Of a stretch of DNA of 64,000 nucleotides, positions 1 to 12,185 are shown piece after piece (the first letter of the stretch is position 1; each line of letters starts with the position of its first letter). The translations under genes were made by a program, and so were the position numbers. The notes below the pieces were generated by a model. That model did not search any database, was not told where the DNA came from, and saw only the letters and a list, made by a program, of their open reading frames with translations. The DNA is from Squalus acanthias (taxonomy: Eukaryota), in assembly GCA_030390025.1 (NCBI GenBank), contig CM059432.1:3472001-3536000 (forward strand), in the 5' to 3' direction.

Positions 1-749
1 TCGGGTTGGAGGATTCCCGCGGGCGCAAGCCCCCAACCTGCACTTACATAGCACGCCTGCCGTTGTGATGTGGACCTGCGTGGGATTCGGATCCTGGGCC
101 TCCTCCAGCTGCCGGCGCGCAGTGCTCGCGTATCCCAGTGGCGAAGCTAGTTCGCAGCGTCCCCTGGGATCACGTGGGCCATGGGGAGCCAATCGGAGCA
201 GGGAATCTCCATTCATAGATTTGACAGGAAGACCTGTCAAATCTATGAATAGAGATCGGCCCCAAAACCCAAGTAAAACTTCAAATACATTAAAAAAAAA
301 AATCACATTTTTAAAATAACTATAAATTACACAAATTAACTATTTTAAACAAAAATTTAAATTTTTGAAAAAATTAATTAAAGTTTTTAACGGGGCTAAA
401 AATAAACTTACCTTTCTTTAAAGTATTTAAAAATGATAAACCTGTGGAAAAAATGTTTCAATTTTACTTAATTCACCTCTTACCTTGTTAAAGGCAGGCC
501 TTGCGCCTGCTTTTTCCCCGCGCAGCTGCTAGGGACTTACCCACACGGAGAAACCTGTAAAACAAGCGAAAGTTCCAGGTCTACGCGCTGCCTCTCCGGC
601 GCACGTGTTTGACCCGCGAACCCCTTCCTTCAAGGGAACGGAAGTTCCGGTTTCCAGCGCATGCGCAGTGCATGCGCGAAACCGGCACTTTCGTTGGCCT
701 TACGGGTGAGTACACAGCGCGTACTCACCCGTGGGGACCCGAATTTCTG
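1..749. mobile_element. Non-autonomous PIF/Harbinger-like element (MITE), partial; inverted homolog of 8117-8883
   Basis: Reverse-complement similarity to 8117-8883 along its length; ends in the truncated TIR CCCGAATTTCTG. Confidence 0.75.
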
Positions 750-926
750 TATGTTCTTATGAATGACATCACCAGACCCGCTCCACCTCATTGGGCTGGG
801 TAACGCGCTGGGCGGGCTTAATAGGCCCCATTAAGGTAAGTTCATTTTGTACAGCGTGATGGAGCCAGCAGCGGGGTCGCGTCCCGCCATAGACACCGGC
901 CACACCAGACCCGCCCAGGTAAGGAA

Positions 927-1040
927 AATTCCTGCCGTTAGCTCTGTTTCTCTCTCCGCGGACGCTGCCCGACCTGCCGAGCGTCTCCAGCATTTTCTGT
1001 TTCTGATTTCGGATTTCCAGCCTCGGCAGTATTTTGCTTT
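927..1040 (+). mobile_element. Penelope-like element 3' tail fragment
   Basis: Matches the tail downstream of the hammerhead in copy 57165-57830 (ctctgtttctctct...gacctgc...ccagcattttctg...gcagtattttgc). Confidence 0.65.
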
Positions 1041-1494
1041 CATGTGTGAGCCTAGACTGAGGGCTTTTAACCATTGGATGATATCACAACCGAGGCCAAA
1101 CAGGGTTACGGACAAAAGAAGCGGGACTAAAGCACGACGGCTCTTGCAGAGAGCCGGCACGGGCACGACGGGCCGAATGGCCTCCTTCTGTGCTGTAAGT
1201 TTCTGTCATTCTACGATAACCCGATGTCACACATGCACGCTTTCCCCCCCACTACCTAAACCTCAATTTGCAGTTCTGCTAAACCCCCCCCACCCCCAAA
1301 CCTCCTTATGTTGGCCTTTTCGCTAAAATAAACATGTGTATAACCATTTTGAGATGAGGCCTGAACTTATTTCAGGTGGCCACCAGGGGCACCCTAACAA
1401 AAAAAAAAGGACCCTGACTAATTCAGCAGTGGGCCCGGCTAAATTAATTAGATATCTAATGCAAATGAAGCAGCATTGTGTAATTAGCTTTGCT

Positions 1495-1790
1495 AGAGTT
1501 ATCTTGTGGGGGAGACCAAAACTAGGGGCCATCGATACAAGCTAGTAAATCCAATAGGGAATTCAGGAGAAACTTCTTTACCCAGAGTGTGGAACTCGCT
1601 ACCACAGGGAGTGGTTGAGGCGAATAGCAGAGATGCATTTAAGGGGAAGCTGGATAAACACATGAGGGAGAAAGGAATAGAAGGTTATGCTGATGGGTTG
1701 AGATGAAGTAGGGTGGGAGGAGGCTCGTGTGGAGCATAAACACCGGCACGGACCAGTTAGGCCGAATGACCTGTTTCTGCTCTTATAAAA
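1495..1790 (+). mobile_element. CR1 LINE 3' fragment
   Basis: TRGH...RVWNSLP...FKGKLDKHM ORF2 C-terminus followed by a CR1 3' UTR. Confidence 0.8.
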
Positions 1791-2107
1791 TGCCAATTAG
1801 GTTGACCCAGGTGTCATCAATAGAAATCAAATTAACAAAAGTGCCCTTTTTTTTTAAAGGGGCACAAACCAATAAACTCCAAGTTATAAGTAAAACAAAA
1901 GGAAACTAATCAAATTAACGTATGATGTTGTTCCTGGTGTCGACTATGCCCGCCAATCCCTCCGGTGCCCACCGGTCGCGGAAGGCCTCGGCTGTACTGG
2001 CGGATTCCGCACGCTCTCTCTCCAGAGACACTCGGGGACGGACATGGCTGCGGAAGAGAGGCCGGCAGTAATGGCCTGTTTCTGTGCTGTAAATTCTAGG
2101 GAATACT

Positions 2108-2935
2108 TATAGAATCCTAGAATAATACAGCGCAGAAGGAGGCCATTCGGCCCATCGAGTCTGTGCCGGCTCTTTCGAAGAGGAATCCAGTTAGTCCCAC
2201 TCCCCGCTCTTTCCCCATATCCCTGCAATTTTTTCTCCTTCAAATATTTATCCAATTCCCTTTTGAAGGCTACTATTGACTCTGTCTCCACCTCCCTATC
2301 AGGCAGTGCATTCCAAATCCTAACCACTCGCTGCGTAAAAAAGTTTTTCCTCATGTCGCCTCTGGTTCTTTTGCCAATCACCTTAAATCTGTGTCCTCTG
2401 GTTATCAACCGTTAACATAGACATAGAAACATAGAAGATAGGAGCAGGAGTAGGCCATTCGGCCCCTCGAGCCTGCTCCGCCATTCAATGAGATCATGGC
2501 TGATCATCCAAACTCAGTACCCTGTACCTGCCTTCTCCCCATATCCCTTGATACCTTTAGCTTTAAGAAATATATCTAACTCATTCTTGAATGAGTTAGA
2601 TATATTTCAGCCATTGGAAACAGTTTCTCTTCATTTACTCTTCTAAACCCTTCATGATTTGAAACACCTCCATCGAATCTCCTCTTAGCCTTCTCTGCTC
2701 CAAGGAGAACAACCCCGGCTTCTCCAGTCTATCCAAGTATCTGAAATCCCTCATCCCTGGAACCAGTCTAGTAAATCTCCTCTGCACCCTCTCCAAAGCC
2801 TTCACGTCCTTCCTAAAGTGCGGTGCCCAGAATTGGACACAAGACTCCAGCTGGGGCCGAACCAGTGTTTATAAAGGTTTAGCATTAACTTCCTGGCTTT
2901 TGTACCCTGCCTCTGTTTATAAAGCCCAGGATGTA
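2108..2935 (-). mobile_element. CR1 LINE 3' fragment with a nested CR1 tail (about 2412-2608)
   Basis: ORF 1944-2408 TRGHRFKVIGKRTRGDMRKNFFTQRVVRIWNALP; octamer-type tail repeats. Confidence 0.85.
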
Positions 2936-3214
2936 GATAAGGTAGTTAAATTAGTTGGTCGGGTTGGATGGTTCGAGCTCGGGCTTTGTAACCTGGAAAA
3001 GCGAAAATTCAATAAATAAATGTGAAAATGTTATTTCCCACTGAGCTTCCAATTGTAAGGTGTATTCACTCATCACCACTAAACCCAGTTTTTACTGAGA
3101 CATATTTCTTTTAAATTAATTAAAAACTGTGGGAATTAAAATTTTACAAACACTGGAAGCTTAAACATAAAATGAAGTTAATGTTCCAACATGGGACACA
3201 TTTCCTTTACAATG

Positions 3215-3862
3215 GTGTTGTTATGATCTGGAACGCGCTGCCTGAAAGGGCAGTGGGAGCAGATTCAATAGTAACTTTCAAAAGGGGAATTGGATAAATA
3301 CTATCGGGCTGGAAAGTGGAGTTGAGGTTTAAGATCAGCCACGATCTCATTGAATGGTGGAGCAGGCTTGAAGGGGCTGTACGGCCCACTCCTGCTCCTA
3401 TTTCTTAGTTCTTGTGTTCTTAAAAGGAAAAATTTGCAGGGCTATGGGGAAAGAGCAGGGGGGGGGAGTGGGTCTAATTGAGTAGCTCTACCAAAGAGCT
3501 GGCACAGGCATGATGGGTCAAATGGCCTCCTTCTGTGCTGTATCATTCCATGATTCTTCAACTTAGGTCCGTGTATTACAGCTCCATTCAATAGCCCCAT
3601 GAAGGCTGAAAGGTGCCCAATTTAAATCCTGCTCTGTGCTACCTTAGTTGATCACTTAGTTGGTCACAGTCTTAGGATAAGGGGTCGGCCATTTAGGACT
3701 GAGATGAGGAGAAATTTCTTCGCTCAGAGGGTGGTGAATCTCTGGAATTCTCTACCCCAGAGGGCTGTGGATGCTCAGTCGTTGAGTATATTCAGATGGA
3801 GATCGATAGGTTTTGGGACTCTAGGGGAATCGAGGGATATGGAGATCAGGCAGGAAATTGGA
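3215..3862 (+). mobile_element. Cluster of CR1 3' fragments
   Basis: WNALP and RRNFFAQRVVNLWNSLP motifs plus CR1 3' UTRs. Confidence 0.75.
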
Positions 3863-4160
3863 GTTTTTTATTCATTCATGGGATGCGGGCGTCGCTGGCA
3901 AGGCCAGCGTTTATTGCCCATCCCTAGTTGCCCTTGAGAAGGTGGTGGTGAGCCGCCTTCGTGAACCGCTGCAGTCCGTGCGGTGAAGGTACTCCCACAG
4001 TGCTGTTAGGGAGGGAGTTCCAGGATTGCGACCCAGCGACGATGAAGGATCGGTCGATATACTTCCAAGTCAGGATGGTGTGTGTGACTTGGAGGGGAAC
4101 TTGGAGGTGGTGGTGTTCCCATGCGCCTGCTGCCCTTGTCCTTCTAACTGGTAGAGGTTG

Positions 4161-6088
4161 TGAAGGAATAAGCCATATAACCTATTCAGAAAAATACACC
4201 ATCTTATGAAAGAATTCTGGCCTTATTAAAACATGACAAACTGGGTTTGGAAATTTAGAAACCTAACCATGAAATAGCTATGAAAGCATTCTGGCTATGG
4301 AGATAAGACAGTTGTTGACCCTGAATAAATAACCTTATTGAAACAGAAGGTGCATGGCTCCAACAGGCTGACCTTTGGGAACAAAAACAATGGTTCACCC
4401 TGGATAAGGTGTTCTAATTTACACTTCGTAAAGAAGCACATAAAGTAAGGAACATCTGCCCTCGTAAAGATGACATAAAGTAAGAAACACCTGCTGTCAC
4501 ACCGTTTTTTATATGGCAAACTTAGAACACCTCGAGATGAGACGTGAGTCTGGCAGAGGTCAGCAGAAAAATGACTAGAGATAATTAGCTTACATCAGCA
4601 GAAAACCTTAAAGGAAATACCACTGGAAAAGGGTATAAATATTGAACTCTCAAATGGGATAACAGACTCGCTTTAAAGGGGCAAAGCGATTCTCAGCTTC
4701 AGAGGCGGCTCTGTAAGTCTCCAACTCTTTGTACCTCGGGGATCAAAGGTATTTGATTTTGGTGGATATCCTGAATAGAACTTTAAGGGGGAAAAATTCA
4801 GTTGGTTGCGCCTCCCGTTTGCGCCGCTCGCGAAATTAACTAGACATTTTGTGGCGGTGCTAAACACTACCACCACGATCTCCTGCGCCGGTAGATCGTG
4901 ACGTCAGTCGAGTGCGCAACGCCCCGGTATCGTCCCGGAGCAGATATTAAGTGGCGCCCCCTGCCTTACCACCTGACGCTAGCAACGACAGGTTGAGGGG
5001 AGCATTTTGCAGTCATGAAGGGACTGGGGGAGTGCTATTTAAAGGCGACCGCTTCCTGCCTTTTATTGTTGGTGCCATTTTTGAACCACGCATTCTGAGA
5101 GAGAGAGAGAGACTTCTGGAGAGATTCAACGCTGTGTGAAGGAGTTTTGGGTACTGAGCAGCACTTTGCAGGTTCATTTTGATTTGCCATTGCTTGTATC
5201 GATTTAGAAGAGATTGTGGGGGCTGCACTCTAAGCTCTTTCCCTGGTACTCTCCATTGTTCTTTCCAGCAGATTTGATGTGCAGGTCTCGCCAGGCCGGG
5301 ATTCAAGGCTGCAATGAGCAGGATGTGGATGGAAAGCAAGATCAACCATCCCCTTTAAGAACTGGCCGGTGCCATTGTGTGTGTGTTCCATTGCTGACTG
5401 ACATCACATGAGCTTCGCCAGCGCTCTGAGGTAGCGCCTCGCTCCTCGGCCTTTGCGCCTTAAGGCAGGTGTGAAGCGCCTAATTTAGCGCTCCAATCAC
5501 CTCCAGGGGCGATAAAAGTCAAGTTTGCAGTCGGTGGCGATAATCTTTGCGCCCGGCCGATAATTGCGCCCCAAATGGGGCGATACTGAATTTCTCCCCC
5601 TAAGAACTGTAAAACTGTAGTGAAGTTAAAATTTGAGAGTAAGGTTCTTTGATAATAGAATTGTAAGTTTTCTCTTTTTGGAACTGTTAATGTTGCGATT
5701 GACTCACCAACTGTAAACTGCATGTCGGTTCTTTAATAAATCTATATATTTTTAGAATTGTCTCACATAAGACTTCTGTATTAAAACTCGCAAACTCAAT
5801 CTCTGTACACTCTTTAGTGAGGAGTTGCAGAATTCTGGGGGAGTTTTCCGGACCCTCATAATATCCGGAATGTTACAATCTAGCTAAACTTATTAAAAGT
5901 GCTATCTGGAGGACGGTAACATTTTCAGGTTGTTCCTTTCCTTTAGGGAGAGATAGTCCGGACCTTTAGACCCAATTAAGCGTCTTTAGGATTCGGCTAC
6001 CTCAAACTTTAGTTGAAAGTGAACGTCTGAGGAATACGCCTGATCCGGGATAGCCCTAAAGGGGCTAGGACTAGTAATTATCCCTTCA
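4161..6088 (+). mobile_element. Solo LTR, probably endogenous retrovirus (~1.1 kb without the nested MITE)
   Basis: Termini TGAAGGAATAA...TTATCCCTTCA (10/11 inverted match); AGGTTG duplicated at 4155-4160 and 6089-6094; TATAAA 4634, AATAAA 5735; cleanly interrupts a LINE. Confidence 0.75.
4787..5600. mobile_element. PIF/Harbinger-type MITE
   Basis: TIRs GGGGGAAAAATTCAGT / ACTGAATTTCTCCCCC; TAA TSD (4784-4786, 5601-5603); close inverted copy at 18343-19236. Confidence 0.9.
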
Positions 6089-6499
6089 AGGTTGTGGGTT
6101 TGGGATGTGCTGCCGAAGAAGCCTTGGCGAGACGAAGGTCGAAGATCAGCCATGATCTTGTTGAATGGCGGAGCAAGCTCGAGGGGCCGTATGGCCCACT
6201 CCTGCTCCTATTTCTTATGTCCTTCTCACAGCTGTGATGATGGTAGAGGCACTGCAATTGGTACCAGCAATCCAGAGCTGCCGAGGGCGAAAAATGAATG
6301 AATGTGCGGTCTCTCCTCTCTACCAAGGGTACTTTACTGGGAAGTACGTGTGTGGATGTCAGGCAAGAAGAAGATTGGGCCTCAATGATCAAACAGCCCT
6401 TCAACAACACTCATACCTAGGCTCACACTGGAGTGGCCAACCCTCCAGGATTGTCCTGGAGCCTCCAGGAATGGAAAATCAATCTCCTGGAACAGAGGA

Positions 6500-7185
6500 G
6501 GCTGAGGTGAGATTTAATTGAGGTGTGTAAAATTATGAGGGGCCTTGATAGAGTGGACAGGAAGGACCTATTTCCCTTAGCAGAGAGGTCAATAACCAGG
6601 GGGCACAGATTTAAAGTCATCGGTAGAAAGATTAGAGGAGAACTTTGTTCACCCAGAGGGTGGTGGGGGTCTGGAACTCACTGCCTGAAAGGGTGGGAGA
6701 GGCAGAAACCCTCATCACATTTAAAAAGTACTTGGATATGCACTTCACAGAATCACCACAGTGCAGATAGAGGCCATTTCGGCCCATCGAGCCTGCACTG
6801 ACACATATCCCACCCTATCCCCGTAACCCCACGTATTTAATCCCCCTAACACTAAGGGTCAATTTATCATCGCCAAATCAACCTAACCCGCACATCTTTG
6901 GACTGTGGGAGGAAACCGGAGCACCCGGAGGAAGCCCACACAGACACGGGGAGAATGTGCAAACTCCACACAGACAGTCACCCGAGGCTGGATTTGAACC
7001 CGGCTCCCTGGCGCTGTGAGGCAACAGTGCTAACCACTATGCCACTGTGTTGAAGTGCTGTAACCTACAGGGCTACGGACCAAGAGCTGGAAAGTGGGAT
7101 TAGGCTGGATAGCTCTTTGTCGGCCAGCACAGACACGATGGGCCGAATGGCCTCCTTCTGTGCCGTAAATTTCTATGATTCTATG
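6500..7185 (+). mobile_element. CR1 3' fragment interrupted by an HE1-type SINE
   Basis: KIMRGLDRVDRKDLFPLAERSITRGHRFKV motif; resumes near 7050. Confidence 0.8.
6746..7050 (-). mobile_element. HE1-type tRNA-derived V-SINE
   Basis: Minus-strand A and B boxes; V-domain GTGTGGAGTTTGCACATTCTCCCCGTGTCTG...GGTGCTCCGGTTTCCTCCCAC; CR1-like tail. Confidence 0.8.
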
Positions 7186-7749
7186 AACACAGCCGCCAGC
7201 AAAACCCAGGAGCAAAATCATAGGGGCATTAGAAAAAAAGTGTTTATTTTTTCATTTTGTTTGAAGACTTTTGTCTATTAGTTATAAAAATATTGCACAT
7301 GGGGGTTAAGAAGGCTGTTTGACCAGGTGAGGCAGTTGGAGGTGGGAGGCCTCGTGATGAACTATCCAGGAATATGTCCAAATTAGAGTTGGGAACCCTC
7401 ACTCACACACGAACTATGGTCTTCGAGAGGACTGCTGGCCATAGACCATTAAAGATTTAGCACCTTCACGAGAATAAGTGCTAATGCTATGGAGCAGGGG
7501 GAGAGTGGAACTAATTGGAGAGCTCTTTCAATTACAGGCACGATGGGCCGAATGGAAGATTCTATGAAGGGAGAAAACTTACTTTAAAAAAAATAATTCC
7601 ACTCAGTGTGATTATGAAGCTGGACTCAAATTCAGAGATCAGGGACAATCCAAGGAAGTAAAAAAGAAACCATACTGAGGGCAGAAAAAATATCTCTTTA
7701 GTGCGTTTTAAGCTGTGGTAAGTCTAAACAAGGAAAATCTTCCAAATAA

Positions 7750-8978
7750 CAACAGAAAATTGCCGGAAATACTCAGCAGGTCAGGCAGCATCTGTGGAGA
7801 GAAACAGAGTCAAAGTTTTAGGTCATTGACCCTTTGTCAGAACTGGAAAAAGTTGGAGATGGAACAGGTTTTTAAGCAAGTGTAGGGTCAGGGAGAGGGG
7901 GGAGGGGAGGAAAGAACAAAAGGGAAGGTCTGTGATTGGGTGGAGGGCAGGAGAGGTTAAATGACAAAAGGGAGGATGGTGCAAGGTGAAAGGAGATGGA
8001 AATGGGACAAGTTAAGGAACAAAAAAAGGGTCTAGATGAGGTGTAAATGGCACTGGCAGAATGATCGACAGCTGCCATGTGAGAGAGAGAAAAAAGAAAA
8101 AAGAAAAAATATATATGGGCCAGAAATTCGGGTCTCCACGGGTGAGTACGCGCTGGGTACTCACCCGTAGACCCAACGAAAGTGCCGGTTTCACGCATGC
8201 ACTGCGCATGCGCTGGAAACCGGAACTTCCGTTCCCCTGAAGGAAGGGGTTCAGAAGTCGAATGTGTGCGTGGTAGAGGCAGCGCGCACGCAGCGAACTT
8301 CGTTTTTTTTTTTTCGGTTTCTCCGGGAGGGTAAGTACGGAGAAGCTGCACTTTTAAAAAGGAGGCGCAAAGCCTGTTTTTAACAAGGTAAGTGGTTAAT
8401 TAATTACAATTTTAACATTTTTTCAACAGGTTTATCTTTTTTACATACTTTAAAGAAAGGTAAGTTTATTTTTAGCACTGTTAAAAAGAATAATTAATTT
8501 TTTCAAAAATTTAAATTTTTGTTTAAAGTAGTTAATTTATGTAACTTATAGTTATTTTAAAAATGTGATGTTTTAAAAAAAAAATATTTGAAGTTTAGGT
8601 GTGGTTTTGGGGCCGATCTCTATTCATAGATTTGACAGGCCTTCCTGTCAAATCTATGAATGAAACTGCCCTGCTCCGATTGGCTCTCCATGGCCCACAT
8701 GATCCCAGGGGACGCTTCGAACTAACTGCGCCCCTGGGATACGCAAGCACTGCGCGCCAGGCAGCTGCAGGAGGCCCAGGAGCCGAAGTCCTCGTGGGCC
8801 CGAAGCACAACGGCAGGCGCGGTAGCTAAGTACGCGCATGATGCTTGCACCCGCAGGAAGCCGGAGAGCTGAATTTCTGGCCCATAGGAGCCGAGGTTAT
8901 GGTCTGAAATTGTTGAACTCGATGTTGAGTCCAGAAGGCTGTAAAGTGCCTAATCGAATGATGATATGCTGTTCCTCG
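7750..8978 (-). mobile_element. Penelope-like element 3' part (7750-8116 and 8884-8978), split by a MITE; decayed hammerhead
   Basis: Homologous to 9447-9915 and 57328-57830; end of the GIY-YIG coding region at 8884-8978. Confidence 0.8.
8117..8883. mobile_element. PIF/Harbinger-like MITE
   Basis: Perfect 13-bp TIR GGGCCAGAAATTC; inserted at an AT-rich site in a Penelope element. Confidence 0.85.
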
Positions 8979-9446
8979 ATCTTCCAAATATCTGGCCCAA
9001 TTTGAGCAATGTCAACAGAATATATTTATTTTGTTTGTTTGTGTTGCAGTTGGGCAGACAAGTGGTTATGGTCATATTTATTTTTCCACTGTTGTTTATA
9101 TATATAAATATATATATATATATAAATACTGCAGAATAAGGTTCTATGGTGGTCCTTATCTGTAAGTGTCTGGTTACCACATACAACCTGTTATTTAATC
9201 TGTTGGGGTATTTTGTGAAAACACAATGTTTGGTTTTTTTAACTCGCTGAATTGCGGCATTGCTCACGGTTTGAAGCCAAGAGTAAGTGGGGAAAAGTGT
9301 CTCCATGTCTCACCATGCAAAGTACAGAGAAGACGGCTCTCTAAATTACGGGGTCAGTCAGGAAATTCAGTTGAAATTTTTATTTTTTCAGCTTTATAAA
9401 TTATGGCTTTAAAAATAATTCCACACCAGACGATATTTTGCAAGGA

Positions 9447-9915
9447 ATAAAAACCATAAAATGCTGGAAATACTCAGCAGGTCAGTCTGTGGAGAGAGAA
9501 GCAGAGTTAACGTTTCAGGTCGGTGACCTTTCGTCAGAACTGGAAAAAGTTGGAGATGTAACAGATTTTTAAGCAAGTGTAGGGGCAGGGAGAGGGGGGA
9601 GGGGAGGGAAGAACAAAAGGGAAGGTCCGTGATAGGGTGGAAGGCAGGAGAGATTAAATGACAAAAGGGAGGATGGTGCGAGGTAAAAGGAGATGGTAAT
9701 GGGACAAGTAAAGAAACGAAAGATGACTCTAGAGGAGGTGTCAGTGGGAATAACAGAATCAGCACCTGCTGTCCGAAAAAATGGGGGCAGAGGTTATGAT
9801 GTGAAATTGTTGAACTCGATGTTGAGTCCGGGAGGCTGTAAAGTGCCTAATCGAAAGATGAGGTGCTGTTCCTCAAGCTTACGTTGAGCTTCATTGAAAC
9901 AGTGTAGGAGGCCGA
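9447..9915 (-). mobile_element. Penelope-like element 3' part (GIY-YIG C-terminus plus pLTR)
   Basis: Translates CFNEAQRKLEEQHLIFRLGTLQPPGLNIEFNNF; carries a hammerhead motif. Confidence 0.85.
9505..9541 (-). ncRNA. Minimal type I hammerhead ribozyme motif (Penelope pLTR)
   Basis: Minus strand reads AGUU-CUGACGA-A-AGGUC-ACC-GACCU-GAAA-CG-UU-AACU: intact core, stems I and II paired, palindromic AACGUU at stem III. Confidence 0.75.
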
Positions 9916-9919
9916 TGAG

Positions 9920-10503
9920 AAGTCCCACTCTAGAGACTTGAGCACATAATCTAGGCTGACACTCCCGGTGCAGTGCTGAGGGAGTGCCGCACTGTCGGAG
10001 GTGCCGTCTTTCGGATGAGATGTTAAACCGAGGCCCTTTCTGCTCTCTCAGGTGGACGTAAAAGATCCCACGGCCACTATTTCGAAGAATCATAGAATGG
10101 TTACAGCGCAGTAGGAGGCCACTCGGCCCAGTGAGCCCGTGTTGACTCTCAGCTAGTCCCACCACCGCCCCCCACCCCGCCCTTTCCCCGTAGCCCGGCA
10201 ATTTATTTTCCTTCAAGTATTTATCCAATTCTCTTTTGAAAGCCACGATTGAATCTGCCTCCACCGCCCTTTCAGGCAATGCATTCCAGATCACAACAAC
10301 TCGCTGCTTAAAAAAAAGTTTTTCCTCATGTCGCCTTTGGTTCTTCGGCCAATCACCTTAAATCTGTGTCCTCTGGTTCTTGACCCTTTCGCCAATTTAT
10401 CTCTATCTACTCTGTCTAGAACCAATATTTAACCCTCAACCATTGGCTGTAAAGCGCATGCTGAGGTCGTAAAAGGCGCTATATAAATGCAAGTCTTTCT
10501 TTC
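9920..10503. mobile_element. Deu-domain SINE pieces (+) split by a CR1 3' fragment (-, about 10090-10420)
   Basis: GGATGAGATGTTAAACCGAGG...AAAGATCCC Deu motif; CR1 WNALPERAVEADS on the minus strand. Confidence 0.75.
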
Positions 10504-10849
10504 TTCTCGGTACCCTTTCAAATTCATGCATATCATTTTTTGTGGGGCATGGTACTCTAAATGTGGTCTGACCAGTGCAGTGTGGAAACTTGGCACAATG
10601 TCTGTTGCCTTAGGCTGGGTAGATCTTCCTCTTTTAGCATTTGGGCATAACTCACTTCCTGGGCAAAGGGCATAGAGAAAACTCTGGAGGAGATCGGATG
10701 CCCACACATGCATGGAAATGCGCGGGGGCCTCCATTAGGTGTGGGCAGTACTGACCCCAAACTTCCATCTACGGGCTCTGCCCACATGGTTAATTATGTT
10801 GAGTGCTTAGAGAAACATCTGCCCTATACTCTTCGGTCCTGTCTATCCT

Positions 10850-12185
10850 ACATGGAATTACACAGAGTCTACAGCACGCAAAGAGGCCATTCGGCCAAAC
10901 TGGTCCGTGCCGGTGTTTATGCTCCACACGAGCCCCCTCCCACCATTCTTCATCTCGCTCTATCCTTCTATTCCTTTCTCCCTCATGTGTTTATCTCGCT
11001 TCCCCTTAAATGCATCTGTGCTCTTCGCCTCAACCACTCCCTGTGGTAGTGAGTTCCACATTCTCACCACTCTCTGGGTAAAAAGATTTCCCTGAATTCC
11101 TTATTGGATTTATTAGTGACTATCTTATATTTATGGCCCCTAGTTCTGGACTTCCCCACAAGTGGAAACATAGGGGGCGATCTTGCCAGCCCTGGGGAGG
11201 CGGGTTTGGAGGCGGGACTGCCGGGAAAATGGCTGAATTTGGGGGCGGGTGCCCATCCCACCCCCGACCCGCCTCCATGCCATCTTCCCAGGAGGTGGGT
11301 AGCTGTCCCGCGTCGGGTCCCCTCTCCTTGGAGGCGGGATGGGATTAAAGCCTATTAATAGGTAGTTAACAGGCAGAAAATAGGATTATCACCATTTTGC
11401 CCTCACAAGTGCGGGCTTCCCGAAGGCTCCAAAGCACGCCAGGTCAGCGAGGCGAGTAGAGGGTCTGTGGGGGTCGGGGGGGGGGGGGGGTGGGGGGGCG
11501 GTGCAAAAGTGCGCTGTGGAGGTGAGTGATGGGTGCAAGAGTGGAGAGGTGAGTATCTGAGGTAAGTGCAAAGTGTTTTTAAAAGTGTACTTACCTTTGT
11601 TTCTTCCTGCAGGCTTCAGTCGGTGTGTTTGCGGAGAGTCTCGGGCCTCCGTGTTGCAGTTGACAGATGGCCGTTGCATTCACAGATGCAACAACCATCT
11701 CATTTCTCAATTCAAGACCTCATCAAACTACAGAGAATGTCACTGTTTGACAGCTTCACAGAGTTGTCAAACGATGACAATTCATCTGTCAAAACTTTTT
11801 GACAGATGAAACGCCTTACATTGACGTTCTCTGTAACCGGCTTTCCCTTAATTGGCCTGCTGAGCCCGCTGGGCGGGCTTAACAAGGTCAATCAAGGGAA
11901 AATAGCGTGGGTTGGCCACAAATCGATGGAGGCGGGACATCGACCAGCCAAGCAGCAGTCCCGCCTCCAACGTGCCCCCATTGGCAAAATTGCCTCCATC
12001 TTCTCTACGTCTACTCTATCGAACCCTTTTCATAATCTTTTTTTTGCACCTTCTCCAGTGCTTCTATATCATTTTTTGCAATATGGAGAGCAGAACTGTC
12101 GAAGTACTCAAAGTGTGGTCTAACCAAGGGTCGAAACAAGTTTAACCTGACTTTTCTGCTTTTCAATTCTATCCTAGAATTGAAT
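10850..12185 (-). mobile_element. CR1 3' fragment split by MITE 11173-11997
   Basis: MFPLVGKSRTRGHKYKIVTNK and LVRPHFEY motifs; host resumes at 11998. Confidence 0.8.
11173..11997. mobile_element. PIF/Harbinger-like MITE
   Basis: Imperfect TIRs GGGGGCGATCTTGCC / GGCAAAATTGCCTCC; flanks ATA/ATC; internal TGACAG palindromes at about 11740-11810. Confidence 0.75.

Larger units (their letters stand above)
3865..6132 (-). mobile_element. CR1-group LINE family 2, 3' fragment (3865-4160 and 6089-6132), split by a solo LTR
   Basis: Same 3' end as 14028-16212 and 35366-35787 (WNSLPNSTVG...AAHHHLLKGN*); the host sequence resumes exactly after 6088. Confidence 0.8.
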
